Positions 1 through 9,711 of a DNA stretch of 64,000 bases are shown here, piece by piece. The notes under the pieces are model-generated. The model saw only the letters and a program-made list of their open reading frames with translations, made no database searches and was not told where the DNA came from. Within the stretch, counting starts at the first letter, position 1; each line of letters starts with the position of its first letter. The stretch comes from Candidatus Micrarchaeota archaeon (GTDB taxonomy: Archaea > Micrarchaeota > Micrarchaeia > Anstonellales > Bilamarchaeaceae), in assembly GCA_038046765.1 (NCBI GenBank), contig JBBSVN010000001.1:13293-77292 (forward strand). The letters are read 5' to 3'. The position numbers were made by a program, and so were the translations under genes.

Positions 1-41
1 TTGGTGTCCGAAGGCTTGTTCCAAAAGAAGCAGTAGAAGCT

Positions 42-251
42 TTGACCCACATAAGTAATGATTACTATTCAGTAGGTCAGGCAGTTAAGGAACTTCATAA
101 AAGCGGCATTAAAATTAAGAGGAATGCATTTGAAAGACGATTGGATAGAGGAAGAATTCCACATGTAAAAGTTGGTGGAAGACGATTTATCCACGGTGAA
201 GTTTTAGAAGAGTTAACTGACAAGGAAATTGCATTAAAGGAAACTGGATAA
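42..251 (+). CDS. small helix-turn-helix DNA-binding protein (excisionase/MerR-like HTH)
   Basis: 69-aa ORF with TTG start. An in-frame stop lies just upstream (33-35), so it is complete in the window. The segment RGRIPHVKVGGRRFIHGEVLEEL resembles the excisionase-type HTH signature. Confidence 0.45.
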   Translation: MTHISNDYYSVGQAVKELHKSGIKIKRNAFERRLDRGRIPHVKVGGRRFIHGEVLEELTDKEIALKETG

Positions 252-383
252 AATTTCCTTTCTTTTAATTTTCTTATTTTATTTTTTATTTTTGTTGCTT
301 TTCTTAGTATTTGGTTTACTTTTTCTTTTTAAATTTTTTTATTTTATCTATCGTTTTTAATATCTTTTATTCTTAATTTATTT

Positions 384-2765
384 ATGGTAATAAGAAAAGC
401 CTATTTTTTAGATGCAGACTACGTTTTCAAAAATGACCTAACTTACGTTCGTTTACAGCTTAAGGGTAAAAAAACAACTTTCTTATACTACCAAACTGAC
501 CCTTACTTTTACGTTGATGCGTCAACAGATAAAATTGACGATTTAAAGAAAATAACTGCACAAAATAAAGACGGCTCAATCTGCTCAATTCTTAGAGTTG
601 AATCAGTTAAGAAAAATGTTTTTGGAACAGAAAAATCACTTCTTAAGGTATTTTGCAAGCAGCCTCGAGATGTGCCTTCTTTAAAACACAGTATTCCTTT
701 TACTTGCTACGAATACAATATTCTTTTTGGTAAACGGTTTATGCTAGATATGCAGCTTTCACCTTTTTCAGTTATCACATACGAACGGGAAGGTAATAAA
801 ATAAAAAAAATAATTAAAATTGAAACAGGTAAACCTCCTGATCTAAAGTCTTTAGCATTTGATATTGAAACATACAATCCGGTTGGTATGTCTAGGGAAA
901 AAACCGATCCCGTAATCATGATTAGTTATTCTAACTCTAAAAGCGAAGTTCTAACCAGCAAAAAAAGTAAGCATGATTTTGTTCGATCATTTACCAGCGA
1001 AAAAGAAATTCTCGAAGGGTTTTGCAAAATCGTGCAGCAAGAAAATCCAGATGTAATTTTTGGTTATAACTCAAGTCAGTTTGACCTTCCATATTTACAA
1101 GCTCGTTCCGATATCCTAAATACAAAACTAGATTTAGGAAAAGAAGGCAAAAGAATAAAACAAATTCGAAAAGGAATGGTAAATGGGATGCAAATTTTTG
1201 GCAGGACGCACGTTGATCTTTACCCATTAGTTCGGTTTTTTTCATTTATTGGCTTAATAAAAACTGAAGATTTTACTCTTGATAAGGTTGCAAAAAGTCT
1301 TAATGGTATGCAAAAAATTGACATTGACAAAAAATTAATCTATCAGATGTGGGATCAAGACCAGGTTGATACGCTTGCTGATTATGCGCTTATGGACGCT
1401 AAAGTAACAGAGCAGATTGGTCAAAGATATTTAAATCTTTTAATCGAACTAGCGAACATTACAAAGTTCCCTTTATTCGACTTAGCACTTTCAACAAGCG
1501 GGCAGATGGTCGAAAGCGTCCTTATGTTTAACGCAAACACGCGAAATGAAATAATTCCTTCTAAACCTAGTGAAGCGGCGATAAAAGAAAGAACGCTAAA
1601 CCCGATTCAGGGTGCGTTTGTCAAATTGCCTGAACCTGGAATTTATGATAACATCGCCGTAATGGATTTTAGAGGTCTATATCCAAGCATAATCGCATCG
1701 TACAATATAGATCCTTATACAATTACTAAAACAGGGGATGAAAAAACATGTCATTACGCACCAAATGGAGCAGTGTTCCTAAAGCAACCAATGGGGTTAA
1801 TTCCAAGTGTCGTTAACTGGCTTCTAGATTACCGGACTAAAATCAAAAAAGAGCTTAAGAACCACGATAAAAATAGTGAAACATACAAACAGTTAGATGC
1901 TAGGAGTTGGAGTCTAAAAATCGTTACAAATTCTATTTATGGTTACCTCGCTTATCCTCGTTCAAGATGGTATTCTCGTGAATCCGGGGACGCAACTACT
2001 GCGTATGGTAGGAAGCACATTACTGAAACAATTGCCGAAGCAGAAAAATGGGGGTTTCATGTTTTATATGGTGATACGGACAGCATATTTTTCTTATACA
2101 AAGAAAAACAAAAAGTTCTTGAATTTGTCGAACACATAAATAAAAATTTACCCGAAAAGATGGAATTAGAACTTGAAGGGTTTTATCCAAGAGGAGTTTT
2201 TGTCAGTAAAAAAACAGGGTCGCAAGAAAAGGGCGCTAAGAAAAAATATGCACTCTTAGGGGATGACGGGCGAATCAAAATTCGTGGTTTTGAATTAGTT
2301 CGGCGCGATTGGAGTGATATTGCAAAGAAGACACAGTACGATGTGCTCGAAGCAATCCTAAGGGAAGGTAGCAAGGAAAAGGCAGTAGCCATCGCAAGAA
2401 AAACTATCGAGCGGTTAAAAAAAGGAGAAGTAAGTTTAACTGAACTTGCAATTGAAACGAAAATAAGTAAGGATATGGATAAGTATGCAATAAAAAGTCC
2501 TGAAGTAGCGGCTGCTGAAAAAGCACAACAACGGGGAGTCAAGTTTGAAAAAGACAACATTATTTCGTATGTTATTACAAAGAAAGGAAAATCCATATCT
2601 GAAAAAGCCGAACTTCTTGAATTTGCAAAAGATTATGATCCGGACTATTACATAAATAATCAGGTACTTCCTGCTGTTATGAAAATTTTAAAGGAATTAG
2701 GCTACGATGAGCATGCTTTAAAAATGGGAGGCGTGCAAAAAGGATTAGGATCATTCTTTGAATAA
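384..2765 (+). CDS. polB: family B DNA polymerase
   Basis: 793 aa. Exonuclease motifs FDIETYN, YNSSQFDLPYL and YALMDA. Polymerase motifs DFRGLYPSII, KIVTNSIYGYL and YGDTDS. No intein. Confidence 0.95.
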   Translation: MVIRKAYFLDADYVFKNDLTYVRLQLKGKKTTFLYYQTDPYFYVDASTDKIDDLKKITAQNKDGSICSILRVESVKKNVFGTEKSLLKVFCKQPRDVPSLKHSIPFTCYEYNILFGKRFMLDMQLSPFSVITYEREGNKIKKIIKIETGKPPDLKSLAFDIETYNPVGMSREKTDPVIMISYSNSKSEVLTSKKSKHDFVRSFTSEKEILEGFCKIVQQENPDVIFGYNSSQFDLPYLQARSDILNTKLDLGKEGKRIKQIRKGMVNGMQIFGRTHVDLYPLVRFFSFIGLIKTEDFTLDKVAKSLNGMQKIDIDKKLIYQMWDQDQVDTLADYALMDAKVTEQIGQRYLNLLIELANITKFPLFDLALSTSGQMVESVLMFNANTRNEIIPSKPSEAAIKERTLNPIQGAFVKLPEPGIYDNIAVMDFRGLYPSIIASYNIDPYTITKTGDEKTCHYAPNGAVFLKQPMGLIPSVVNWLLDYRTKIKKELKNHDKNSETYKQLDARSWSLKIVTNSIYGYLAYPRSRWYSRESGDATTAYGRKHITETIAEAEKWGFHVLYGDTDSIFFLYKEKQKVLEFVEHINKNLPEKMELELEGFYPRGVFVSKKTGSQEKGAKKKYALLGDDGRIKIRGFELVRRDWSDIAKKTQYDVLEAILREGSKEKAVAIARKTIERLKKGEVSLTELAIETKISKDMDKYAIKSPEVAAAEKAQQRGVKFEKDNIISYVITKKGKSISEKAELLEFAKDYDPDYYINNQVLPAVMKILKELGYDEHALKMGGVQKGLGSFFE

Positions 2766-2781
2766 GTTTAAAGGTGTAATT

Positions 2782-2994
2782 ATGGTCGAACCTATTGCAA
2801 AAAGAAAACCATCTGTTGCAGATGAATTAAAATTTTTAAAAGCAGAAGCAGTTATTCCAAAACGTTCTGCCCGAATCGCTGTCCCTAAAAAAAATGAAAC
2901 GCAAGATGTATCTAGAAAAGAAGCTGAAAAACTTGCTGCAAGTTTAGAAAATGAAGCTAGAAAAATCGAAGCTAAAAAAGTAAAAAGGTCTTAA
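2782..2994 (+). CDS. small Lys/Glu-rich hypothetical protein
   Basis: ORF in the track is 2758-2994. ATG at 2782 is preceded by aaaggtg (SD-like). Tightly packed between polB and the next ORF. No recognisable domain. Confidence 0.4.
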   Translation: MVEPIAKRKPSVADELKFLKAEAVIPKRSARIAVPKKNETQDVSRKEAEKLAASLENEARKIEAKKVKRS

Positions 2995-2996
2995 TT

Positions 2997-3347
2997 ATGG
3001 GATTATTCGAACTTTTAGATGATGCCACTAAGAAAAATTCCGCTAAAATCTGGAACGGCATGAAACAACTTGAAAAAGACCAGTTTGTTGATCAGGTTTC
3101 ACTTACTCTTAGTATTTTAGGCAGTGATAAAGATGGTCCAAAATTTGTTACAAAAATTCTCTCTAATTTAGTAAAAGATGGTTCAAGCAATCTTAATGAT
3201 TTTGGTCTTTACATTGAAACAATTCACGATGATGATAAGTTTCCAGAAGAACTAAATCAAAAAGTACATCGGGCTTTAAGTGTTGTTGAAGACTATCGGA
3301 TTAAGCATGCATTAGCAAGTGAACCAAGCAAGGATATAGGAATCTAA
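2997..3347 (+). CDS. hypothetical protein (116 aa)
   Basis: Starts 2 nt after the upstream stop and ends 2 nt before pus10 (operon-like packing). No motif recognised. Confidence 0.45.
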   Translation: MGLFELLDDATKKNSAKIWNGMKQLEKDQFVDQVSLTLSILGSDKDGPKFVTKILSNLVKDGSSNLNDFGLYIETIHDDDKFPEELNQKVHRALSVVEDYRIKHALASEPSKDIGI

Positions 3348-3349
3348 TT

Positions 3350-4381
3350 ATGTTAATTGAAGGAGAAAAATTAGACAAAATGCTCTTAGACGCAAAAACT
3401 GTTCTTGAACAAAGCAATTGCAAAACTTTTAGTGTAAGCAGTGTAATTCCTAAAGAATGGCTTGTTGACGAAGAAAAAGAGTTCGACAAAATGATTACTA
3501 AAAGCAGAACTGTTAAAGCCAAAATAAATCATATGCTAATTAAAGAAATGACTAAAGGTCAAACTAAAAAATGCACAATCGATGCAGATGTAAAAATTAT
3601 TTTTGATTTTAACACCCACAAAATTAGTATTTCAAATGAGCCTATTTTTATTTTTGGAAGATATAACAAACTTGAAAAAGAAATTTCGCAGTCCCGTTGG
3701 CTATGTAAAAAATGCGAAGGCGAAGGTTGCTTTAAGTGCTATTATAAAGGAAAAAACTACACTTCGGTTGAAGAACTTATTGGAGAACATTTCAAAGAGT
3801 TGGCACAAAGTTCAAACTATTGTATGCATGCTAGCGGGCGTGAGGATGTTGATGTAATTAATACTGCCGGTCGTCCATTTGTTCTTGAAATAATGAATCC
3901 TAAAAATCTTTTACTTGATTTAAATGAAGGTGCTAATCTAATAAATGCTCAAAAAGAAGTTTCTGTTTCTAACCTAAAAAAAGTTCCACGCTCTTTTGTT
4001 GAACTCGTATCAAACTCGCACTTTGATAAAGAATATATTGCAGAGGTTGAACTTGATCGGAATGTAACTAAAGAAGACGTGGACATTCTTTCTAATTTTA
4101 AGGGCGTGATTGACCAGCAAACGCCTAATCGAGTTGCGCATCGAAGAAGCGATTTACTAAGAAAACGAATTATAAAAGATCTTTCGGTTGTTAGTCATGA
4201 AGCTAATAAAGTAAAAATAAAAATATTCTGCGAACCTGGTACTTACATTAAAGAATTAATTTCAAGCGATAAAGGTAGGACAAATCCAAGCATAAGTTCG
4301 CTTCTAAAGTGCGAAGCAAAATGCATTGATTTAATCGTTTCCAAGATTAACGACGGATTTTTGGATTTGGTTGTTTGTTAA
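3350..4381 (+). CDS. pus10: tRNA pseudouridine synthase Pus10
   Basis: 343 aa. Zn-ribbon CKKCEGEGCFKCYYKG, catalytic-Asp segment SGREDVDVINTAGRPFVLEI, and VAHRRSDLLRKR, all typical of archaeal Pus10. Confidence 0.8.
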   Translation: MLIEGEKLDKMLLDAKTVLEQSNCKTFSVSSVIPKEWLVDEEKEFDKMITKSRTVKAKINHMLIKEMTKGQTKKCTIDADVKIIFDFNTHKISISNEPIFIFGRYNKLEKEISQSRWLCKKCEGEGCFKCYYKGKNYTSVEELIGEHFKELAQSSNYCMHASGREDVDVINTAGRPFVLEIMNPKNLLLDLNEGANLINAQKEVSVSNLKKVPRSFVELVSNSHFDKEYIAEVELDRNVTKEDVDILSNFKGVIDQQTPNRVAHRRSDLLRKRIIKDLSVVSHEANKVKIKIFCEPGTYIKELISSDKGRTNPSISSLLKCEAKCIDLIVSKINDGFLDLVVC

Positions 4382-4388
4382 ATCTATA

Positions 4389-5729
4389 TTATCTATATAC
4401 CGCATAACAATTTGTCCAGAGTCCTTTTTCTTTTACATACGCTATAAGCTTTTTGTGCTCTGTTTCGGTCATTCTTGGTTTTAATAAATCATTTAGTATA
4501 ACTCCATCAAATTCCATCCAAAGGTCGCTTAAAGGTTGTACTTCGTTACCATTTCCTATTAATTTAAACCCCTTTACGAATGCATCAATCGTATCTTTCA
4601 TTGCTTTAACAACAGTTTCTTCTGGTATTCCCTTAGAAAAAAATCCTTTTCTTATACTTAGTTCCAGGATTTGACCCCTAATAAGTTCAATTCCTGCTTT
4701 AATTGATTGTGCATAAGCTGTAGCAGGTAAAGTTATTAGTTTATCTAACTTCTGGCCAACTCGCATATTTTCCGGCCATGCTTTTTCTGCATCTTTTGCC
4801 ATTTGTTTTCCTTGATCCATTAATTTTGGATCAAATAATTTTTCGAATGGTTTGCCTTCGTGTTCTAATATTACTGATCTTTGAAACATTATTCTAGTAA
4901 TATTTTCTATTGCGTCACTACCTAAATAAGATAAAAGAGCATTATCTGAAATTAAATTAAAACCATCTATTTGGGTTGTTATTGGTACTAAGCTACCTGG
5001 GATCATGTCTACTTCTCCTGAACCACTCGCTCTAAAAGCAAGTTCAAGTTTTAAGTTCATAGGACTTACTATAAAAAAGTTGTCCCTATCTCCATTCAAA
5101 ATTACTGTTGCTGGCATATTCGCTGTCTGGTTACCAATTTCATATATGTTCGCTGCATAAGCCTCTCTCCTAAGTGCTCGTAATATCGCAGTTTGTAATA
5201 CTGTAAGTTCTGTTACTGGAAAATGTATGGGGGTATATTGTCCGATTTCTCCAAAATTTCTATCTGAAACAGGTAAATTTCTTTTAGGATCCACTAAATC
5301 TCTTGCAGTCATTGGTCCTAAGTATTCCTCTCTTGTCGCATTCTCACTGTTATTCACAAATAGGGTAAAATCCTCTCGTCCATAAAGTTTATCTGTATTC
5401 AATATTGCTTGTGCGATTACCCATTCTTGTGCAGTTACTTGTATTGGGTTAATCAAAATTCTAGGTTTAAGTAGATCTGTTACTAGTTTTAGTTCGGTTT
5501 CAAAGTTTCCTTTTGCTATCGCGTTTATATCTCTTGCAATTCTCCCAATCTTATCTAGTTCTGCTGAACTAAATGGCCCGTCTTTTTTCATTTCTCGTTC
5601 GCGTAATCTGTTCGCAATTACTTTGAAATCTTCTATGCTAAATTCTCTAGCTGCATTAAATGAGCATCTAACATTAACTTTGTGAATATTTCCGCAAGGT
5701 GTTGTTTGGGTTTGGGCGAGTCTGATCAT
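4389..5729 (-). CDS. hypothetical soluble protein (446 aa), no recognised domain
   Basis: Long uninterrupted ORF with normal AT-rich codon usage. No TM segments and no motif I can assign. Confidence 0.6.
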   Translation of the reverse strand: MIRLAQTQTTPCGNIHKVNVRCSFNAAREFSIEDFKVIANRLREREMKKDGPFSSAELDKIGRIARDINAIAKGNFETELKLVTDLLKPRILINPIQVTAQEWVIAQAILNTDKLYGREDFTLFVNNSENATREEYLGPMTARDLVDPKRNLPVSDRNFGEIGQYTPIHFPVTELTVLQTAILRALRREAYAANIYEIGNQTANMPATVILNGDRDNFFIVSPMNLKLELAFRASGSGEVDMIPGSLVPITTQIDGFNLISDNALLSYLGSDAIENITRIMFQRSVILEHEGKPFEKLFDPKLMDQGKQMAKDAEKAWPENMRVGQKLDKLITLPATAYAQSIKAGIELIRGQILELSIRKGFFSKGIPEETVVKAMKDTIDAFVKGFKLIGNGNEVQPLSDLWMEFDGVILNDLLKPRMTETEHKKLIAYVKEKGLWTNCYAVYR

Positions 5730-5830
5730 ACTATAATTGTGTCAAAAAGTCTTTATAAATGTATTCTTTTTAACTTAGTTTTGCTAATTCGATTGTTACT
5801 ATTAAATATTCTCCTGTCAAATTACTATTT

Positions 5831-6472
5831 ATGAATCCTAATCAATTAGTTAAACTGTTATTGCCATTGTTTCTTATTCCGCTGACACTGTACTCAGTTT
5901 CATTATTCGGTCATGATGCGGGAAATGCAGTAATCGGAATCGCGTTCTTTATTGCAGTTGTAAAATTTGCGAACGAAAGCGAACGTAAATACATGATTAT
6001 TCTAGCTGTTTTTGCAAGCATATTTGAGAGCGTAAACGTAATTAGCGGAGGATATAAATACATCGGAGCGCCTTTAGTCCCTCTTTGGGTTGGTTTAGGT
6101 TGGGGTATTTTAGGATTATATTTAGTTAAAAATGTTGAAACTTTCAAAAGTATAAATAATAAAAATGCGTATATTCTATCAGCTATTTTCTTTTCTGCAG
6201 TGTGGGTTCTAACTGGCGCAAGCATTCCTTCGCTTGTTTTCTTAGGAGTCGCTATTTCAACTACTTATGTTCTTAGTTTATCCTCCAAATTCCCCGCATC
6301 ATTTTTCTTATTTACTGGAGTTATGGGGGTCGTAATCGAGTTCTTCGGAACTTCGGTTGGAGTTTGGAAATATTTCTTAAACGGTTTACCAATTGACCCG
6401 CCTTTACTCGCTTTAAGCATGGCATATTGTTCGGTTATCGCGTTTGGGATTTGGTTAAGTCGGATTGACTAA
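5831..6472 (+). CDS. polytopic membrane protein (about 6 TM)
   Basis: 213 aa, almost entirely hydrophobic helices. No family assigned. Confidence 0.6.
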   Translation: MNPNQLVKLLLPLFLIPLTLYSVSLFGHDAGNAVIGIAFFIAVVKFANESERKYMIILAVFASIFESVNVISGGYKYIGAPLVPLWVGLGWGILGLYLVKNVETFKSINNKNAYILSAIFFSAVWVLTGASIPSLVFLGVAISTTYVLSLSSKFPASFFLFTGVMGVVIEFFGTSVGVWKYFLNGLPIDPPLLALSMAYCSVIAFGIWLSRID

Positions 6473-6485
6473 ATTTATTTAAACT

Positions 6486-7259
6486 CTAACTGGATACGTT
6501 ATTTAGTTTTTGCCATTCTTCTTTAGTAAACCAAGCTACAACTACAAGTCCCCTGGATGAGTACTCACTTAAATTTAATCCATCTCCTGAGAAACAGATC
6601 GCAGATTTTATTTTGTTCTCTTTATATCCGATTTCAAAAGTTCCATTTAGCTGAGAATTTATAAATTCTGTGTGGTTTGTTGTGTGAAATGGAAATGTTT
6701 TATTTGATAAAAAATTTGTGTTGTCTGCACTTACATTTACTTCTAAAATACAATCCGAACAAACTTCTCCATTCGTTTCTTTTATTATATATCTACAGTT
6801 ACTAGAATTGTCGACAAGAATTTCTAAAAATACCGTTACATTGGTCGATACACAACTTGGTTTTAATGCACTAGAAAAATAAAAACTTTTATTTCTTATT
6901 TCACCAGCGCTTATTTTATCTGAACTCCAATTTAGTAAAAATGTTGAAGTCTCTCTACCAATTGTTAGTTTAGAATTAATCTGACTATTAGCAACATTGT
7001 AATCTCTTTCCAGACAGGAAAACTTATACTCTGTATATACCCTATCGAAATTTTTGTTTCCTGTATTCGCTAACGTAACTGGAATTCCATTATCTTTTGG
7101 ATTATCCGAAATATCTATCTCAATTTTAGGGTTAGGAATAAGGTTTGGTACATTCAAAGTAATTCCTAAAAAAGCTAAAAATGCCAAAACAGTAATAATT
7201 TTATTTAACAGTGATTGTTGTCTCCATGACTGTTTTAAACTTGCAATTAATTTTGTCAT
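6486..7259 (-). CDS. N-terminally anchored extracellular protein, many N-x-S/T sequons
   Basis: One N-terminal TM (IITVLAFLAFLGITL), then a Cys- and Asn-containing ectodomain. Confidence 0.55.
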   Translation of the reverse strand: MTKLIASLKQSWRQQSLLNKIITVLAFLAFLGITLNVPNLIPNPKIEIDISDNPKDNGIPVTLANTGNKNFDRVYTEYKFSCLERDYNVANSQINSKLTIGRETSTFLLNWSSDKISAGEIRNKSFYFSSALKPSCVSTNVTVFLEILVDNSSNCRYIIKETNGEVCSDCILEVNVSADNTNFLSNKTFPFHTTNHTEFINSQLNGTFEIGYKENKIKSAICFSGDGLNLSEYSSRGLVVVAWFTKEEWQKLNNVSS

Positions 7260-7297
7260 TACATTACCAAAATTTCTTCGATAAAATACTACTTCAA

Positions 7298-8320
7298 CTA
7301 ATTCAATATCGCCGCTATCCCGCCAATTCCCTTAAGTCTTTCTCCTGCATCGTTTTGCGCAGTAAATATAATCAGATAAGCACCCTTATGATCCGCATAA
7401 TCAACTAATTTTTCAACTTCCTTTGAATCTCGAAGCAACTCATCTAAAACAAGAAGCTTATTGACTTTGCCAGATTCCACAGCAGCTTTTACTCTCGGGA
7501 TTCCATAAACAGCTAATCCATTTTCCTTCCCTTCTTCTTCCATGATTTTTTCAATGTACTTTAATTCTTTTTGAACACGCTGTTCACCAATAATTTTTTC
7601 TACCGCGCCTCCTTTAAATAATTCGAGTATTCCAGAGCGCTCAGCATAACTACAAAATTCAAAAATAATTTTCTTAAGTAATTTTGGATTTTTATTTTCT
7701 AAAAATGTTTTTAAATTGTCCTTTGTAAATCCAGGCCCAGCTACTAAGACAGTTTCCTCACTTCGGTCTATTTCCCGAGTTATTCTTGTATAATAATCCT
7801 CTGTCTTAGCTTCAAACTTTTTAGGTTCATCACGTTTGCGTGCGTCATTGCTAAATTCTACGCCGTATTCAATTCCGTACCCTCTAACCGTAGCCACAAG
7901 CGCGTGTTCTTCATCAAGTACGATTATTCTTAATTTTGGTTTTTTGGTTTCTTTTTCTGCCTGTTCTATTCTTTTAATTTGGTAAGCTTTCCATTCTTTT
8001 ATTATCTGGATTCTCGTTCCTATTTCAACATCTAAAGTGTGATATTTCCCCATTTGGATATACTCTTCAGGGCTTCCACGAATTATTTTTCCTAGTAGCC
8101 TAAGCCGGTTAAGCGTTTTAGAAAATTCGATGTTTTCAATTTTTATCGCAATGTGCATTGGTTTTTTTTCTTCTTTAGTGCCTATTTTGACAGTTCTAAA
8201 AGTGCCTGATTCTACTTCGTCACCTACGCTTAATGACCTTTCAATGTGCCAGATATCTTCAAGGTTTTCTGTTCCTAGTATAAGTAAATTGGCTTTTCTG
8301 TCGAATTTGAATATTTTCAT
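7298..8320 (-). CDS. pelA: Pelota (Dom34 homologue, mRNA surveillance factor)
   Basis: MKIFKFDRKANLLILGTENLEDIWHIERSL..GD N-terminus and eRF1-like C-terminal domains ending GIGGIAAILN. I prefer ATG at 8320 over the track start at 8350. Confidence 0.85.
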   Translation of the reverse strand: MKIFKFDRKANLLILGTENLEDIWHIERSLSVGDEVESGTFRTVKIGTKEEKKPMHIAIKIENIEFSKTLNRLRLLGKIIRGSPEEYIQMGKYHTLDVEIGTRIQIIKEWKAYQIKRIEQAEKETKKPKLRIIVLDEEHALVATVRGYGIEYGVEFSNDARKRDEPKKFEAKTEDYYTRITREIDRSEETVLVAGPGFTKDNLKTFLENKNPKLLKKIIFEFCSYAERSGILELFKGGAVEKIIGEQRVQKELKYIEKIMEEEGKENGLAVYGIPRVKAAVESGKVNKLLVLDELLRDSKEVEKLVDYADHKGAYLIIFTAQNDAGERLKGIGGIAAILN

Positions 8321-8333
8321 GCAAGTCACTTTT

Positions 8334-9605
8334 CTAATATCCTTTTTCAAGTAACCATTTCCATAACGGTAAATATTTTATTTTGCCTTTTATTCCGAAC
8401 CATTCCTCTTCTTTTTCATCATCATAGTCTTCTGTTATTATGATAAGATTCTGACACTTTAAGTCTCGACTTCCTTTAAGTAGTGCTCTTATTTCCCTAT
8501 TTTTAGTATCTGGATTTGCTAAATCAACACAAACTTGTACGAGTTTACTTATTTTTTCGTTCTCTGTTATTACAAAATCTATTTCTTCATTTTGCTGATT
8601 TTTCCAATAATAAAATTTAAGTTTGCCTGATATTTGTGCTTTCTTTAACTCCATAGCAACTGTGTTTTCATAAATTTTTCCTTTATCTTGGCTCATTTTA
8701 AATGCCTTGGCAGTTATGAAACCGTTATCGAAGCAGTATACTTTCTTATTTGATCTAATCTGTTCCTTTACCTTAAAGGAAAACTTATAAATTCTAAACA
8801 GTATAAAAGTTTCTTCTAGATATTTTATGTACTTGTCAATCGTGTGAATACTTTTACATACAGTTACGTCTTTAAGTGTATTGTAAGAATAAAATGCAGC
8901 TAAATTAGATATCAAATAGTTTGCTAGATTTTCAATTCTTTGCGGGGCTCTTATTTTATATCTTTTTACGATGTCCTTGTATATGATCGCATCAAAAAGT
9001 AGGGAAATATAGTTTACTAAGTCCAATTTTTTTACTAAAGGTTCTGGATATCCACCTGTACTTAAAAATTCATCAAGAGCCGCCTTTTTTTCATGATTAG
9101 TTAGTTCTGTTGTCTTTAAATTAAGAAACTCTCTAAAAGAGAAACTGAAGATGTATATCGGTATATATCTTCCAGTTAAGTGGGTTGCCAGTTCTCCGCT
9201 AAGTAAATTTGAGTTACTTCCAGTAATTACTAATTTATAATTGCTTCTCTGAAGTCTATTTACAAAAAGTTCCCATTTGGGTAAGTTTTGTATTTCATCT
9301 AATACTATATAATCCGGATCATTATACCTTGTTTTTATTTTTGTTAAAAGTTCATCATAATCCTTTAATTCTACTAATTTTTCATTGTCAAAGTTAATGT
9401 AAGCAAAAGTTCCAAATTCTTTTAATCGGTGTATTGCAAATGTTGATTTGCCCGCTCTTCTTGGCCCTATAATTACCCTAATAAGATTATCTTCGGGTTT
9501 TTTGAAGTTTGCGTCACGTTGAATATAAAGCTCATTTACCTTTATTTCTAATTCTCTCTTTTGCATCTGTAATATGTTGTTTAGCTCCTCAGTCATATAA
9601 ATCAT
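8334..9605 (-). CDS. AAA+ ATPase with DUF4143-type C-terminal domain (COG1373 family), copy 1
   Basis: Walker A GPRRAGKST and Walker B IVLDEIQ. C-terminus YLPLWKWLLEKGY parallels copy 2 (59517-60740). The track N-terminal extension to 9683 is hydrophobic junk covering repeat motifs, so ATG 9605 or 9596 is preferred. Confidence 0.8.
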   Translation of the reverse strand: MIYMTEELNNILQMQKRELEIKVNELYIQRDANFKKPEDNLIRVIIGPRRAGKSTFAIHRLKEFGTFAYINFDNEKLVELKDYDELLTKIKTRYNDPDYIVLDEIQNLPKWELFVNRLQRSNYKLVITGSNSNLLSGELATHLTGRYIPIYIFSFSFREFLNLKTTELTNHEKKAALDEFLSTGGYPEPLVKKLDLVNYISLLFDAIIYKDIVKRYKIRAPQRIENLANYLISNLAAFYSYNTLKDVTVCKSIHTIDKYIKYLEETFILFRIYKFSFKVKEQIRSNKKVYCFDNGFITAKAFKMSQDKGKIYENTVAMELKKAQISGKLKFYYWKNQQNEEIDFVITENEKISKLVQVCVDLANPDTKNREIRALLKGSRDLKCQNLIIITEDYDDEKEEEWFGIKGKIKYLPLWKWLLEKGY

Positions 9606-9711
9606 ACTGCACAAAAGTTTATAAATTTGTGCATTACGATATACAAAGTGCACAAAAGTAGTTAAAATTTGGGTATAAAGCATAACCTTTTAAACACTTT
9701 TTGACACATAT

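Noticed and set aside
42-2765. Excisionase-like HTH next to a family-B polymerase as a sign of a provirus, casposon or pipolin.
   Set aside because: The polymerase has the full replicative archaeal PolB motif set. It heads an operon with pus10 and there are no terminal repeats, Cas1 or integrase, so it looks chromosomal.
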